In this document: positions 1-11,430 of the stretch, one piece after another
How positions within the stretch are numbered: the first letter of the stretch is position 1
Layout of the letters: the number at the start of each line of letters is the position of its first letter
Source of the DNA: Octopus sinensis
Lineage: Eukaryota
Direction of reading: 5' to 3'
Assembly (NCBI RefSeq): GCF_006345805.1
Contig: NC_043011.1
Coordinates: 19,790,464 to 19,854,463 of the forward strand
Length of the DNA stretch: 64,000 bases
Translations under genes and position numbers: made by a program
The notes under the pieces: model-generated
Told to the model about the DNA's origin: nothing
Database searches by the model: none
What the model saw: the letters and a program-made list of their open reading frames with translations, nothing else

Positions 1-185
1 TTTTTAGGATAGGCAATTATACATGCCTTGGATTGTTCTAATCTTAATATACCATTAGTGTACATTATTAGACATCTAGTAAGCAGAACTGCCTGATTTG
101 TTTTTATTCCAGATTGAAGAGAACGACTGTTACAATAATTATAACACTCTCTACTAAACACAGTTGACTAGTTTGCAAAAAGCGG

Positions 186-1032
186 TCATGTCGTGAAGAC
201 AATTTGGAAGTTTGCTATGGAAAACATTTCTGTTTTGAACAGAAATTTATGAAAGGTTTCAAACTGCCTATACATTAAAGACAACTGTTTTTTGCTGGGA
301 TAAGAGTTTTTGTGGTGTGAGGGACGATGAGAGGTATGAGGAGGAGAAAAACGTCAGCATATTAGAACCGGTTCAGAAAATTCGCAAATCTGTAGATAAA
401 GACCAGCATCTATGTATAGACACGATAAGCATACAGATTTGACCACGAAGGTAAGGCAAAGCAAACCCACTAGGATGGCCAAGATACAATTTTCGACAGC
501 GAGAGCATCGTCTACATCCACTGGTTTTCCTTTGGCCAGACAGGTTGCAAAACTTATTTTGTAGAGGTTTTGAAAGAGTTTAGGAAGTGATTTCATCGCA
601 AAACGCTAAACAGTTTCCAATCAAGTCGGTGGCCCCTGCAACGGGGCAATGTACCAGACCAGAAATCCATACTGGTGACGAACTACTTGAAATAGATATT
701 CATCGAAATTGTTCCTAACCACACCACATTCCCCACCTTACTTCCCGCGACACTTGATTTTTTTCCTTAAGCTGAAAGAGAACCTCAAGATCTTTCGTTT
801 TGAAGACTTTGAGAAGATGAGGTAGGTTATGGTAAGGTTCCTGGAGAACTTCACTTTGGAAGAATTCCAGGGAGCCTTCACAAAGTTGTTGGAGGGACAC
901 AATAATGTATGAAAATCCGAGGATCCTACTTCGAAGGAGATTAATGTTAGGGGTTTTATTTATTTATTTATTTGAAATTGATAAATATTGCAACTGAAAG
1001 AAGTTTCAAAACTTCTGCAATGCACCTTGTTA
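186..1032 (+). mobile_element. Decayed mariner (Tc1/mariner) transposon, internally deleted; 5' end not resolved
   Basis: Manual + strand translation gives mariner transposase remnants: VRDDERY...IRKSVDKDQHLCIDTISIQ; FDSESIVYIHWFSFGQT..TYFVEVLKEFRK; a decayed DNA/HPPYSPDL region; FLKLKENLKIFRFEDFEKM...FQGAFTKLLE; and terminal CMKIRGSYFEGD* (~945). A TIR-like end (aaacttctgcaatgcaccttgtta) lies at ~1009-1032. Multiple stops and frameshifts. Confidence 0.85.
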
Positions 1033-2144
1033 TATGCCATTATTCTTTAATAACAAATTCCAAATAAATACCCACTAGTTGATATATGAAACTTCCCTCA
1101 ACAACCAACCCTTTTTTTATCAACTTCACCTATGTAAATATTATTCAAAAATATCTACCATTGCCCTTATATTTACTACTATTAGGACTAAATATATTAA
1201 GTATAACTAAATGCACAATCCCATACCTAAGCGTATTTTCTTAAGCACTTTAAAACATTAGACGCCTTACAAAAAGTGATATGGTACTCATGCTAATTTT
1301 AAGATTCTCATTGGTAATACACTGGAATCGTTTCCTAACACATAATAGTGCTTCGAAATTGCAATTTCATGAATCATTCCTGAACATAATTATACTCATT
1401 TTCTCATTTTTTTAATTACACGTATACATGGCACTTCAATGGTGGTGTTATACACGATTTCGTGGATCTAAAAAATACAGTGAACCACAGTTATCCTCAC
1501 AGTGCAACTTATAATCAACAAAGGAACTGAACTTAGCGAAAATATATCCTTCACTTTTACTTTATACATTGTACGTTTTTCCAATGAAAACAAGAGAGAA
1601 ATTTGCAAGGCAGCTTACTGATAACTCAGCGAAGTGCTTCAGACACCATTTGCAGTTGATAATTTTTTAAAACTAAAATACACCCAATTGCACACACACG
1701 CCCAGTCAGTACTTCTAGACAGCTTTGAAAATGTTTAGGCCATTGACAAACACATCGTGCTACTGATAATACTATGTATATGAATGTCAATTCAGCTGTA
1801 ATAACGTAATAATAACTGTAATAAGCCAATAAGAGAGCCTTTGCAAGGGCATATGACATGCTAGAAATATCAGCGAAACTGCCTTTGAATTGCTCACCGG
1901 TCAGTTGAAACTGGATAGCGAAATGAAGTGATATTAACCTAGATGATATAGTCCGAATGCTTTTGGTTATTATTACTAACTAAAAGCATGCAATAACTTA
2001 TAACCTGTTCTATCAATCAAATTACCACTTGTGTGGGACTGGGTTTGGTTACGTTTGTAACTAATCCAGAACATGCTGATATATTTTTGAAACAATGTCG
2101 ACAGAAAGAATATGTGAGGTTACTGAAATAGTGAGAGCAGAAAG

Positions 2145-2720
2145 CCCTACATTATCACTCTAGAGATGGCTCCTGTGATTTTGAAATAAATCTGAAGAAC
2201 GAAAGAACTAGCAAAGCATTTGGAAGGCTCAAGAATCGTGTGTGGTTTGAAAGAGGTATCACCATCAAAAACAGGTTCAACGACTAAGGACAATGCGCAT
2301 TAATTCCTCTTTTATAGTCTTTTGCGACTTAAAATCCATATAGTTGTCACATCAAGGCCCTGAAAATATATCATGAACCGTATCTAAGGAGAAACCTAAA
2401 CATCAAACGAAAAGCTCTAACAATAGAATATGCAATCAGATGTGTTGGGTTCAGTACCTTAGTAGGATGCAGAGTGACAGGCTGTCTAAACAACGTGAAA
2501 GATATGAACCTATGAAACATATGAACCTATGAAACGTTTTAGCGAAACCGTCAAAAACAATAGAAAGTCCCTCAGTGGGAATGTTGAAAACTGGGAGCGT
2601 TTGACGGAATATCGGACGGTTTGGAAAGAAGTGATCTCTTATGGTTCTAAAGCTGTTGGAACACGGTGAATTGAACAATCCATCTCGAAACTTCGTAAAA
2701 GACGACTTAACTTGAATTTC
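2145..2720 (+). mobile_element. RTE-clade LINE fragment (RT C-terminal region), decayed
   Basis: Manual translation: SRDGSCDFEINL..ERTSKAFGRLKNRVWFERGITIK...HIKALKIYH..YLRRNLNIK; NQMCWVQYLSRMQSDRLSKQ; KRFSETVKNNRKSLSGNVENWERLTEYRTVW. These match the RTE/BovB-type C-terminus. Contains a 17-bp tandem duplication (atatgaacctatgaaac x2, 2502-2535). Confidence 0.8.
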
Positions 2721-2796
2721 GGACACTTTTCAACCTGAATTTCTACTAGATGAAGAGACGGCATTCTTCTGCAAAGAATTTGCAATCACCATACTC

Positions 2797-3030
2797 ATAC
2801 ACACACACACACCACACACACACACACACACACTCACTCACACACACACACACATACACAAATACACATATATTTGCACACACACAAACGCACACATTTG
2901 AACACATACACACATACGCACATATTTGTATTTATATAGATAAGTATATATACACATAGAACTGTATATATATATATATATATATATATAACTGTATGTA
3001 TGTATATATATATATATATATATATATACC
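2797..3030. repeat. Compound (CA)n/(TA)n microsatellite
   Basis: Directly visible dinucleotide tracts. Confidence 0.95.
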
Positions 3031-3499
3031 GACATGTATATCATTTCATTAATGTTTCCAGTAGTCAGCATTTCCTAACAATCAAAGCCACTTAATAGGC
3101 TCAACAGCAGCAATTTTCTACACACATAATTACAATATCTTCCAGATTGATGATGTCGTTCTTTATATGGATGTATCTGCACGTGCAGTGGGATTCCGTA
3201 TATGTCGCTGTGTTTAACTATACGTTGAATTGCTTTAATAAAGCTCTCATGCAATAATTTTATTCGTAGGTAGTATTATAAGCACATCATCTTATCAATC
3301 CATTAAGGGAAATAATTGCAATTATATCGATAGGGAAGCTTGTGTCTAGCGTGAAATTAAAACAAGCAGGTGTATACTGGTGCACCATGATATTAACTAG
3401 AGAGAAATTTCTTGTGACTGACAAACGTATTCTGTTTAACAGCCTTCGGAAAAATCATTTTATTTCGAATTATATACCACATGATCTAAACTTACCATG

Positions 3500-4537
3500 T
3501 CAAATATGAGTTAGATCTCAGTCAATTCATATCCTGCAGTTGAAGATAAAACAATGCTGTCCCGAAGAGAGAAATTAAGCTTCCTCTGACTAAAACCTGT
3601 CCTCTCCACCAATGATGGCCTGGAGAAAATTATAACTAGCAAAATCGTGCGTATCTCTGTATTTTATTTTCTATTTCATTATTCATGCACTTGGTGCAAC
3701 AATTATTGTGAACAAATTTGAGGCAGTAACTATAAAACCGTTGGACTGGAATCTCTAACACCATATTTCATCCCTTTACGTTTTGAATTTAAAGTTGATT
3801 CTGTTCAGCGTTTTATCGTCCTTGCCTCGGTGTAATATTTCACAGTCGTACGCTGGACTGACTAAAACGCACTTTGGCGCTGATAAAAGAAACAAAACAC
3901 AGCGTCTCCAACAAACTCCTCCATAAATTTATGTTTACAGCTGTATTAATTTTGCACGATTCAGCCGCCATTAACTGCGCCATCATATTCATATATTATC
4001 ACATTAGCAAAGACAGAATATAATAGAATTTTCAATTAACTGTAGTCAAATAACTGATAATTCTATTTTATTGCTAATGAAATTACTTTAGAATGTCCAG
4101 TCAGTTTTCTTGCAGAATTTTAACACTTTTTTTCCAGCGAGTTCAGCAACAATGTTGCTTCACTACACCCTTTTAGTCACAGCCACCTCTGATTTTTCAA
4201 ACACATATCTAGGACTATAGTATCCAATACACCATCAGGTTTTTCTCCTTTTTTTTAATGTTGAACTATTATTTAAAAGCTCGATTGTTGACTCGCTGTA
4301 TGAAATTAAGTTTTTCTGTGGCTACTATATAGATCACAAGCAGAAATGTAACATATTACGTAGGAGTTAAGTCTCTGTCAACTCATATCCTGCAGTTAAA
4401 AATAAAACAATGCAGTCCCAAAGAGAGAAATGAAGCTACCTCTGACTAAAATCTATTTTCTCTATCAGTGATGGCTTGGAGAAAATAATAACTAGCACAA
4501 CCGTGCGTATCTCTGTATTTTATTTTCTATTTTATTG
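3500..4537. repeat. Diverged ~175-bp direct repeat pair (3500-3680 and 4360-4537)
   Basis: Shared blocks in the same order: tcatatcctgcagtt, ataaaacaatgc, gagagaaat, cctctgactaaaa, tggagaaaat, ataactagca, cgtgcgtatctctgtattttattttctattt. Confidence 0.9.
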
Positions 4538-4974
4538 CTATATATATCACAAGCATAAAGAACTTTATGGCATTTTCCTAGCAAATTTTACACAGAAGCG
4601 ATCGACTGAAGTCAATAACCAGAGAAGTTAAAGAGCAAAAATAACTGACATTAATTGCTCAGAGGCGCCCCTTTAATGAAAGGCGGACTGAGGACGTCTC
4701 TGATTTCAGTTATTAACATAGATTATGAAATTCACGTGAAACTTTTAATTACAAATAATTATGAGGTGAAAGAAAAACATTTGCTCCCCATCTTTTTCAT
4801 TTTAATTATTTCTTTAGCTGTGGAATATAGCGGCAGTTATTCTTTTCGTCTAATTAGTTTTCATTCAAGGCACTTGTAAAGGAGGGATGAATAAATCCCT
4901 TAATTGATGGACAAGGATATCTGGAAATATCAGCCACAAAGAAGGTTTTTGTATGAAAAGAGAAATAAATATTA

Positions 4975-5390
4975 TTTTCTACTCTAGGCAAAAGAGCCGA
5001 AATTTTTGGGGAGGGGGCAAGTCAATTAGATCGATCCCGGTACACAACTGGTACTTAAGTTATCGAACCCGAAAGGATGAAATGCAAAGTTGAAATCGCC
5101 GAGCGATTATTAGTCAATCATTTGGACTATATCATCTAGGTTAATATCATGATTACTTACAAAGTCGACGTCGGCGCAATTTGAACTCAGAAAGTAAAAT
5201 AAAACCAGTTCATGTTTCTTCTAGTTCTTTAGTTTCTGAGTTCAAATTCCGCCGACGTCGACTTTTCCGTTTATCCTTTCGGGAGTCGATAAATTAAGTA
5301 TCAGATGCGTACTGGGGTCGATCTAATCGAATTAACCCCCCCCCACACACACACAAAATATTTCGGGCCTTGTACCTAGAGTAGAAAGGA
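4975..5390. mobile_element. Inverted pair of 5'-truncated SINE family B copies (- then +)
   Basis: 4975-5195 and 5232-5390 are reverse complements, e.g. gtcgacgtcggcgcaatttgaactcagaaa vs tttctgagttcaaattccgccgacgtcgac, and ttctactctaggcaaaag vs cttgtacctagagtagaa. They share the core of the SINE at 15852-16069. Confidence 0.88.
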
Positions 5391-6289
5391 AAAGGTAAAT
5401 AAATATCAAAACATCTCGTGCGGTTATCTCTGAAAAATTGATATTTGTAAGTAAAAGGAGAACTTTATAATTTGGCGTTTGCAACATGCACGGTAGCTAA
5501 ATGCCTTGAAATCATTGCATATGATTTTAATAAGTGGTATGTTGTGATATGGATGCAAAACTGCGACACTTGTCTAATACTTTTCACTGAAGGGTTTTAC
5601 CGACTATTTCAAAGTGCACATCTTTGTTTGGAAATAAGGGAAAAGAGACAGTGAACGAAAGTAAGTAAAATTCTTTCTTTTTCTTATGACCAAGTGATAT
5701 TTATGGGTGTTGAGTCAATTTGGTTATGTTTAAATTTTTACATGTGGAGCAAGCTTTGTGAAGGCCATGATTTTTTTTTTAGGCCGAATTAGCTTATAAA
5801 CAGTCTGCTACATTTGTCATCTATAAGTCGTGTAAATTCGACGTGTCCATTCTTTTAAACGTTTGAAGTATATTTTCTGGAAATGAATAGGAAATCTCAT
5901 CGAAAGTTGCAAGAATATAAAACGATAATGTAATTTATAGCATCTCGTAAGTGAAGCTAAAACTGAAGTAACTACTAAAGTCAGTCTCACCAACAATATT
6001 ACACCTGTGAATTTTTACTAACTTTTAATTTAACAGAAAGTTCATTTACATGGTATAGAAAGGGAGGTAAAATATTCCATATATAGTGACTTACAGCCAA
6101 CACAAAATTTCATGGAACTTTTTAGTAAATCAGTTTCTTGTAAATTGCTGCTGGGAAATAAAAACTGTATTCTATCCTGCAAGACAAGCAATGAGAAAGA
6201 TGCAGCATGCAACAATTTCTACCATACGAAAGTCATAATTGTTCCAATTGATTGATGTTCGATAATAAACTATATATAATATTACTTTT

Positions 6290-6697
6290 TTACGTGTTTC
6301 AGTCATTTGACTGCCACCATGCTGGAGCACAGCTTTTTGTCGGGCAAATCGACCCCAGGACTTATTCTTTGTAAGCCTAGTACTTATCCTATCGGTCTCT
6401 TTTGCCGAACCGCTAAGTTACGGGGACGTAAACACACCCAGCATCAGTTGTCAAGTGATGTTGGTGGGACAAACACAGACACACATACACACACACACAT
6501 ATATATATATACATATACATATATATATATATTACGAAGAGCTTCTTTCAGTTTCCGCCTACCAAATCCTCTCACAAGGCTTTGGTTGGCACGAGGCTAT
6601 AGTAGAAAACACTTGCCCAAGGTGCCACGCAGTGGGATTGAACCCTAAAGCATGTGGTTGGTAAGTAAGCTACTTACCACACAGCCAATCCTGCGCC
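6290..6697 (-). mobile_element. tRNA-derived SINE family A, full length, with central (CA)/(TA) microsatellite
   Basis: Minus-strand head ggcgcagg..tggctgtgtggtaag (A box) and ggttcaatccc (B box), a CORE-like ccttgggcaagtg block, and a 3' part ending gactgaaaca. Collinear with the copies at 27677 and 35205. Confidence 0.9.
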
Positions 6698-6984
6698 TAT
6701 GAATATTGAATAGTATGCATATGGATGTATATGTATATGTGTGTGTTTGTGAGCGCGTGCATGTATGTGTGTCTGTGTGTTCCACTCATATAGTTATTTT
6801 ATTTTTTCTAAAATTTTCCTTCCGTTTTGCAAACTTTTCAATAGTCGTTGGCTCTGTCCGTTCTTTTTCTTTGTGCGCATGTGTGTGCGCCACTGTGCGT
6901 TTGTATACACATTGGTATGTATGTGTGTATATATATATATATATGTTTGCGTATACATAAATATGCAGAACACAAACGATATAG

Positions 6985-8100
6985 TCATGACTTATATGGA
7001 GGTCGAGATATATGAACAATCTGAATTATTATATATCTTGATCTTCCACAAATATCTACTAGAAAACTGGAAACGTTACTTAGATGACCGCCTAATCCTA
7101 TGGACGTATACATTTGAACAACTTATAGATTTCAAAAATCTAATCAACTGAATAAATAATATTAACGTTACCATTGAATACAGTAAATCTCAACTACCAT
7201 TCCTGGATATACTAATCACCAAAAGAGATAAAATCATTGAAACATATATTGAAACATACTTACTATTCTCCTCGTGACACCCAAACACGAAGAATAATAT
7301 CCCATGTAGTCCAGCAGGAAGAATCTGAACAATTGTCTCAAATCCTGAAATTCGCAAGAAAAGACTCCAGGAACAAGTACTACTTAAAAGAAAATATCCA
7401 TTAATGCTAATAGACAACGGAATAGAAAGTGTCAAACCAATAAATATCCAAGAACGCACGAAAAACGAAAAACGCTCCAGGTACATCCAATAATCTATCC
7501 TTTATTACAACATACAACCCGAGAAACACAGACGTTTACAATATTATCCACCTGAACATCACACTACTAAAACAAGTCCCAAGAATGAAACAAGCATTCG
7601 AAATACACATAATAATCAAAAGTAAAAGACAATCAAAGTCACTCAAAATATTCCTCACAAATGCTAAATTACCTTCACAATTCCACACAAGTGCTAAGTT
7701 GCTTCCCACAATTTGTACACCAACAGTTAAAAAATGTGGCCGTCCTAATTGTGGGACCTGCATCAACTTTATTGAAGGCACAACATACAAATTCAAATCA
7801 GGACAGCCATTTACCGTAAAAAATGACTTTACATGTTCTTCAAGGAACTTCATATACGCTATCAAATGTCAAGAATATAATGAAGATTACATAGGTCAAA
7901 CAAAGCTTACTCTAAGAAGTAGACTGACTACTCACCCACAACAAATACAAGACTCCTCTACTACACAGATTCCACTGAGTGGTCACATAGACATATGTGC
8001 AAACATTTCAGGTATACTTGTTCAGCGAATATCAGTGATGAAGCACAGAAACAAATAAAGAAAATACTTTCATACAAAAGTACAAACCAAGATTTAACGA
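6985..8100 (+). mobile_element. Penelope-like retroelement relic (RT C-half plus GIY-YIG endonuclease)
   Basis: ORF 6765-7151 ends with WKRYLDDRLILW (RT YxDD motif), followed by LPFLDILI. ORF 7585-8058 has KCGRPNCGTC...FTCSSRNFIYAIKC...YIGQTK..LRSRLTTH, the GIY-YIG domain with the Cys motif typical of PLEs. Frameshifted. Confidence 0.9.
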
Positions 8101-8819
8101 CGTTTAACAGAGTATATGCACAAATAACTAGTCACAGACAAAATTCATTTTGCCACATGGGAGCTACACAACTAACAACTTAAATTTTAGACAATGGACT
8201 ATATACAAACGACAGCTGTCCACTCTGCTGCCAGGCATATTAAATTTTGAGTGCCTTGATTATAACTAGGCATATTTCTATTGAGGTGCAAAATATACTG
8301 TCACGTGACACTAACGCACGGACATGGCGGGAAACGTACAAAAGTTTATAAATTTAAACATGTGTTCATTCTCTACAAACACTTGACAGAAAACATTCAG
8401 AGCATTGATTGTTTGGACCTGTTCAGGGAATTGTATCAGCCTTAGCTTATGACACCAAATATTGCCACTTGATACTAACACACGGACGTAGTGGGGAACA
8501 TACAAAAAGACCAGTCATATGACTATCTTCTACCAATCAAATCCTACTCGACACATATACTAATTTGAGCCAAGCAATACCCACAAACAGGGCAAACTTC
8601 AAACACTAGTCAGAAGCATCTGTGACATAGGCCACGCCTTTCTATTTGTACGTTTTGAAAATCAATGTAAAATGTGAAACCGGTTAAAGCTCCAAATATA
8701 TTAATAAAAAATATTTTAATTATTCTCAGTGTATTTTCAGCTTCTATTTTCCTATATTTCTACCCGTATTTCGTCTGTCCTTACGTTCTGAGTTAAAATT
8801 TCGTACACATAATTTACTT

Positions 8820-9030
8820 AATTTTTTTAAACTAAACACTTTCAAACTTCCGATACTGGTAGAATGTGTCACATAGAACAGAGTTTACTCTTAACGTTTT
8901 TGAGAAAAATTTGTATTTTAGAAGCGGTGTGTCGTCAGAAGTTACAGAGTGATAATGAACAAATTCGTGTTTCATAGGTGCCAATACACGAAACTCAGCT
9001 TTTGATTTACTCTCTAACTTCCGCCGATGA
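8820..9030. mobile_element. Fragment related to the MITE at 28462-28894
   Basis: aaacttccgatactggtagaatgtgt...ttgagaaaa matches the 28524-28586 segment. Confidence 0.55.
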
Positions 9031-9794
9031 TATATACACATTTTACATATATGCGTACAAAAATCTCATCACGCAATCAAACTAATGACAGAGCGTCTTC
9101 CTGGTTGCTCGACACGCTAAAAATAGCAGCGAAAGTATCCCCCTACCTAACTCACACGTGTATTGTATGTAAAGTCCTAGATTATCCCAAAAAGGACGGT
9201 TTGCTAAAGGCTGGAATGTCCTTGATGATAGGTCTGCAGTATCAGGGTTGATTTGAAGCTAACTAACAACAACATTATGGTAAATTTCTATATTAACACC
9301 CACATGATTTTTACTAGCAAAAAACAAAAACAATTGATTTTTTTGCGTCGAATCAAGTACCATAGCCTCCTAATATACTGCAAATCCCTTATTTTGGTTC
9401 GGAAAAATGAGATGGAAGATTTCTCCCCACCAAACCCGGAATCATTGGAAGTTTTCATTCGTTGAATGAGTTACATTGACCTCCTAGTATTGCAAAATTA
9501 GGTTACTTAAGGTGAGTCTGGTAACTGATGGTTTTGGGGGTCTTGTTATTTGTAGCTATGGTGCAACAACAACGTGGTAAATATCTCTGCTATTAATTTG
9601 GTATGGATGGGTAATATCAAAATAATTCAATCACAACATATATTTAAATTAAACATGAAAAAATTGAAATATTATCATCACTTACAAGGTAAACTTGAAA
9701 TATTATCTTTCAGTATTTTATAAGGTAAAATCTTAAATTATTAATTGACACATTATTGATTATCTTATAACAGAAATGCCTTGAGCGATAATGG

Positions 9795-10316
9795 ATTACA
9801 TGGGAAAATGCGTGCATGTAAAGTAATATTATTAAGATTATAGCCCTGAAAAATTACAGGACAAGTTATTACACCTGGAAAAGTATAGGAGAAGCTATTA
9901 CTTCTTGTAAAGTAGAGAATAAGAATCTTTTTATTTAAATTATTGCAGCTAAAATAAAAATTTGAATATTAAAACTTATTTTATTATAGTTTACAAATAA
10001 CACTATACTTATTTAAGTAGAATTTGGCTAATTTACTATATTGAATAGAGAAACAAAGTGACTAATTAGACAAACTTACAAATTAACTGAACAGTTTTGT
10101 ACAATAAATTCAACAGATGAGAACTGTAAAGAGTGATAAATTAGAAGAACTGGCATTCTTTGTTGCAATATTTTAAGTAAAACGTTTCTTATTCTTTACT
10201 TTACTAGAAGTAATAGTTTTTCCTATACTTTTACAGATGTAATAAATTGTCCTGTAGTTTTCCAGGTTTTTAATCTTAAGAATATTACTTTTCCTGCTCG
10301 CATTTTTCCATGTAAT
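9795..10316. mobile_element. MITE/foldback element with ~140-bp terminal inverted repeats
   Basis: 9795-9932 (attacatgggaaaatgc...aaagtaatatt..taagatta...caggacaa..tattaca..aaaagtatagga..ctattacttct.gtaaagta.agaataagaa) is the reverse complement of ~10180-10316. The interior is AT-rich and non-coding. Confidence 0.88.
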
Positions 10317-10597
10317 TTACGTAAGTATGTATGCATAGATATAGATATACATAACTGCTTTATCTATAGTCATTAAATGTACGGTTCATTACCTCACTCC
10401 ATTCATCAAATTAATGTTGGCCGAGCAGGTACATGGTATCGAACCGGTCGCGGAGCAATGTGTCAGGAAGTAGTTTGTGCTAGTATACCATTCACACACC
10501 TGTCCACGATTTGAAACCACGATATCGCAATTGTGAGTGTAACACCCTGACCACTAGGCTATGTATATGTATATTTACTTTACTTTTTTTTTTTTTT

Positions 10598-10732
10598 ACT
10601 TACTTGTTTCAGTCATTTGACTGCGGCCATGCTGGAGCACCGCCTTTAGTCGAGCAAATCGACCCCGGGACTTATTCTTTGTAAGCCCAGTACTTATTCT
10701 ACCAGCCTGTTTTTGCCGAACCGCTAAGTGAC
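10598..10732 (-). mobile_element. SINE family A, 3' half
   Basis: tgtttcagtcatttgactgcggccatgctggagcaccgcc...ttttgccgaaccgctaagtgacg is nearly identical to the reverse complement of 27955-28085. Confidence 0.88.
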
Positions 10733-11149
10733 GCATATAAAGGTATGCATACAAGCATAGATATGTACTTACAAACATACATACACGCATACATAAATAC
10801 ATACATACATATATACATAGAAAACACGTGAGGGGCAATACGTATATGAAATCATGTAAAATACGTTATGAAATCAGATAGTTGGAAGCGATGTCTTAAA
10901 TATATCATTTACAGTTAAAAGGATCGTCGACAGCGAATAGTATTGAATCTACCGAGGTTTCTCTGACCTTTCTACTCCATATATGACCTGTGACACTAAA
11001 TAAATATTTATTAAACTTATTGTATATTATTATGTATTTGCAGCTTTTCAAAGTAAATTATGTTGAAGCCTTTGGTAACACATATACCAACACACAAAAT
11101 ATGTAGGTCTTTCTACCTTTCTCTTTCTCTTTCTTCCTTCCAGCATATG

Positions 11150-11151
11150 TA

Positions 11152-11184
<33 letters not shown>

Positions 11185-11252
11185 CGTGTGTTTGCGAGTA
11201 GGCGTGTGTGAGTGGGTGTGTTTGTATATATAGATATATATGTGTGTGTGTG

Positions 11253-11285
<33 letters not shown>

Positions 11286-11430
11286 GTAGATAGATAGGTT
11301 GATAGAGAGATAGAGAGGTAGATAGTTAGATAGATATATAGATAGATAGATATATAGATAGATAGATAGATAGACAGATAGGTCGAGAGATAGGTACATA
11401 CTTACATACATACATAGATGTATACATACC
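11150..11430. repeat. Compound (TA)n/(TG)n/(GATA)n microsatellite
   Basis: Directly visible. Confidence 0.9.

Noticed and set aside
354-900. Minus-strand ORFs 354-596 and 715-900
   Set aside because: Antisense to the decayed mariner transposase on the plus strand.
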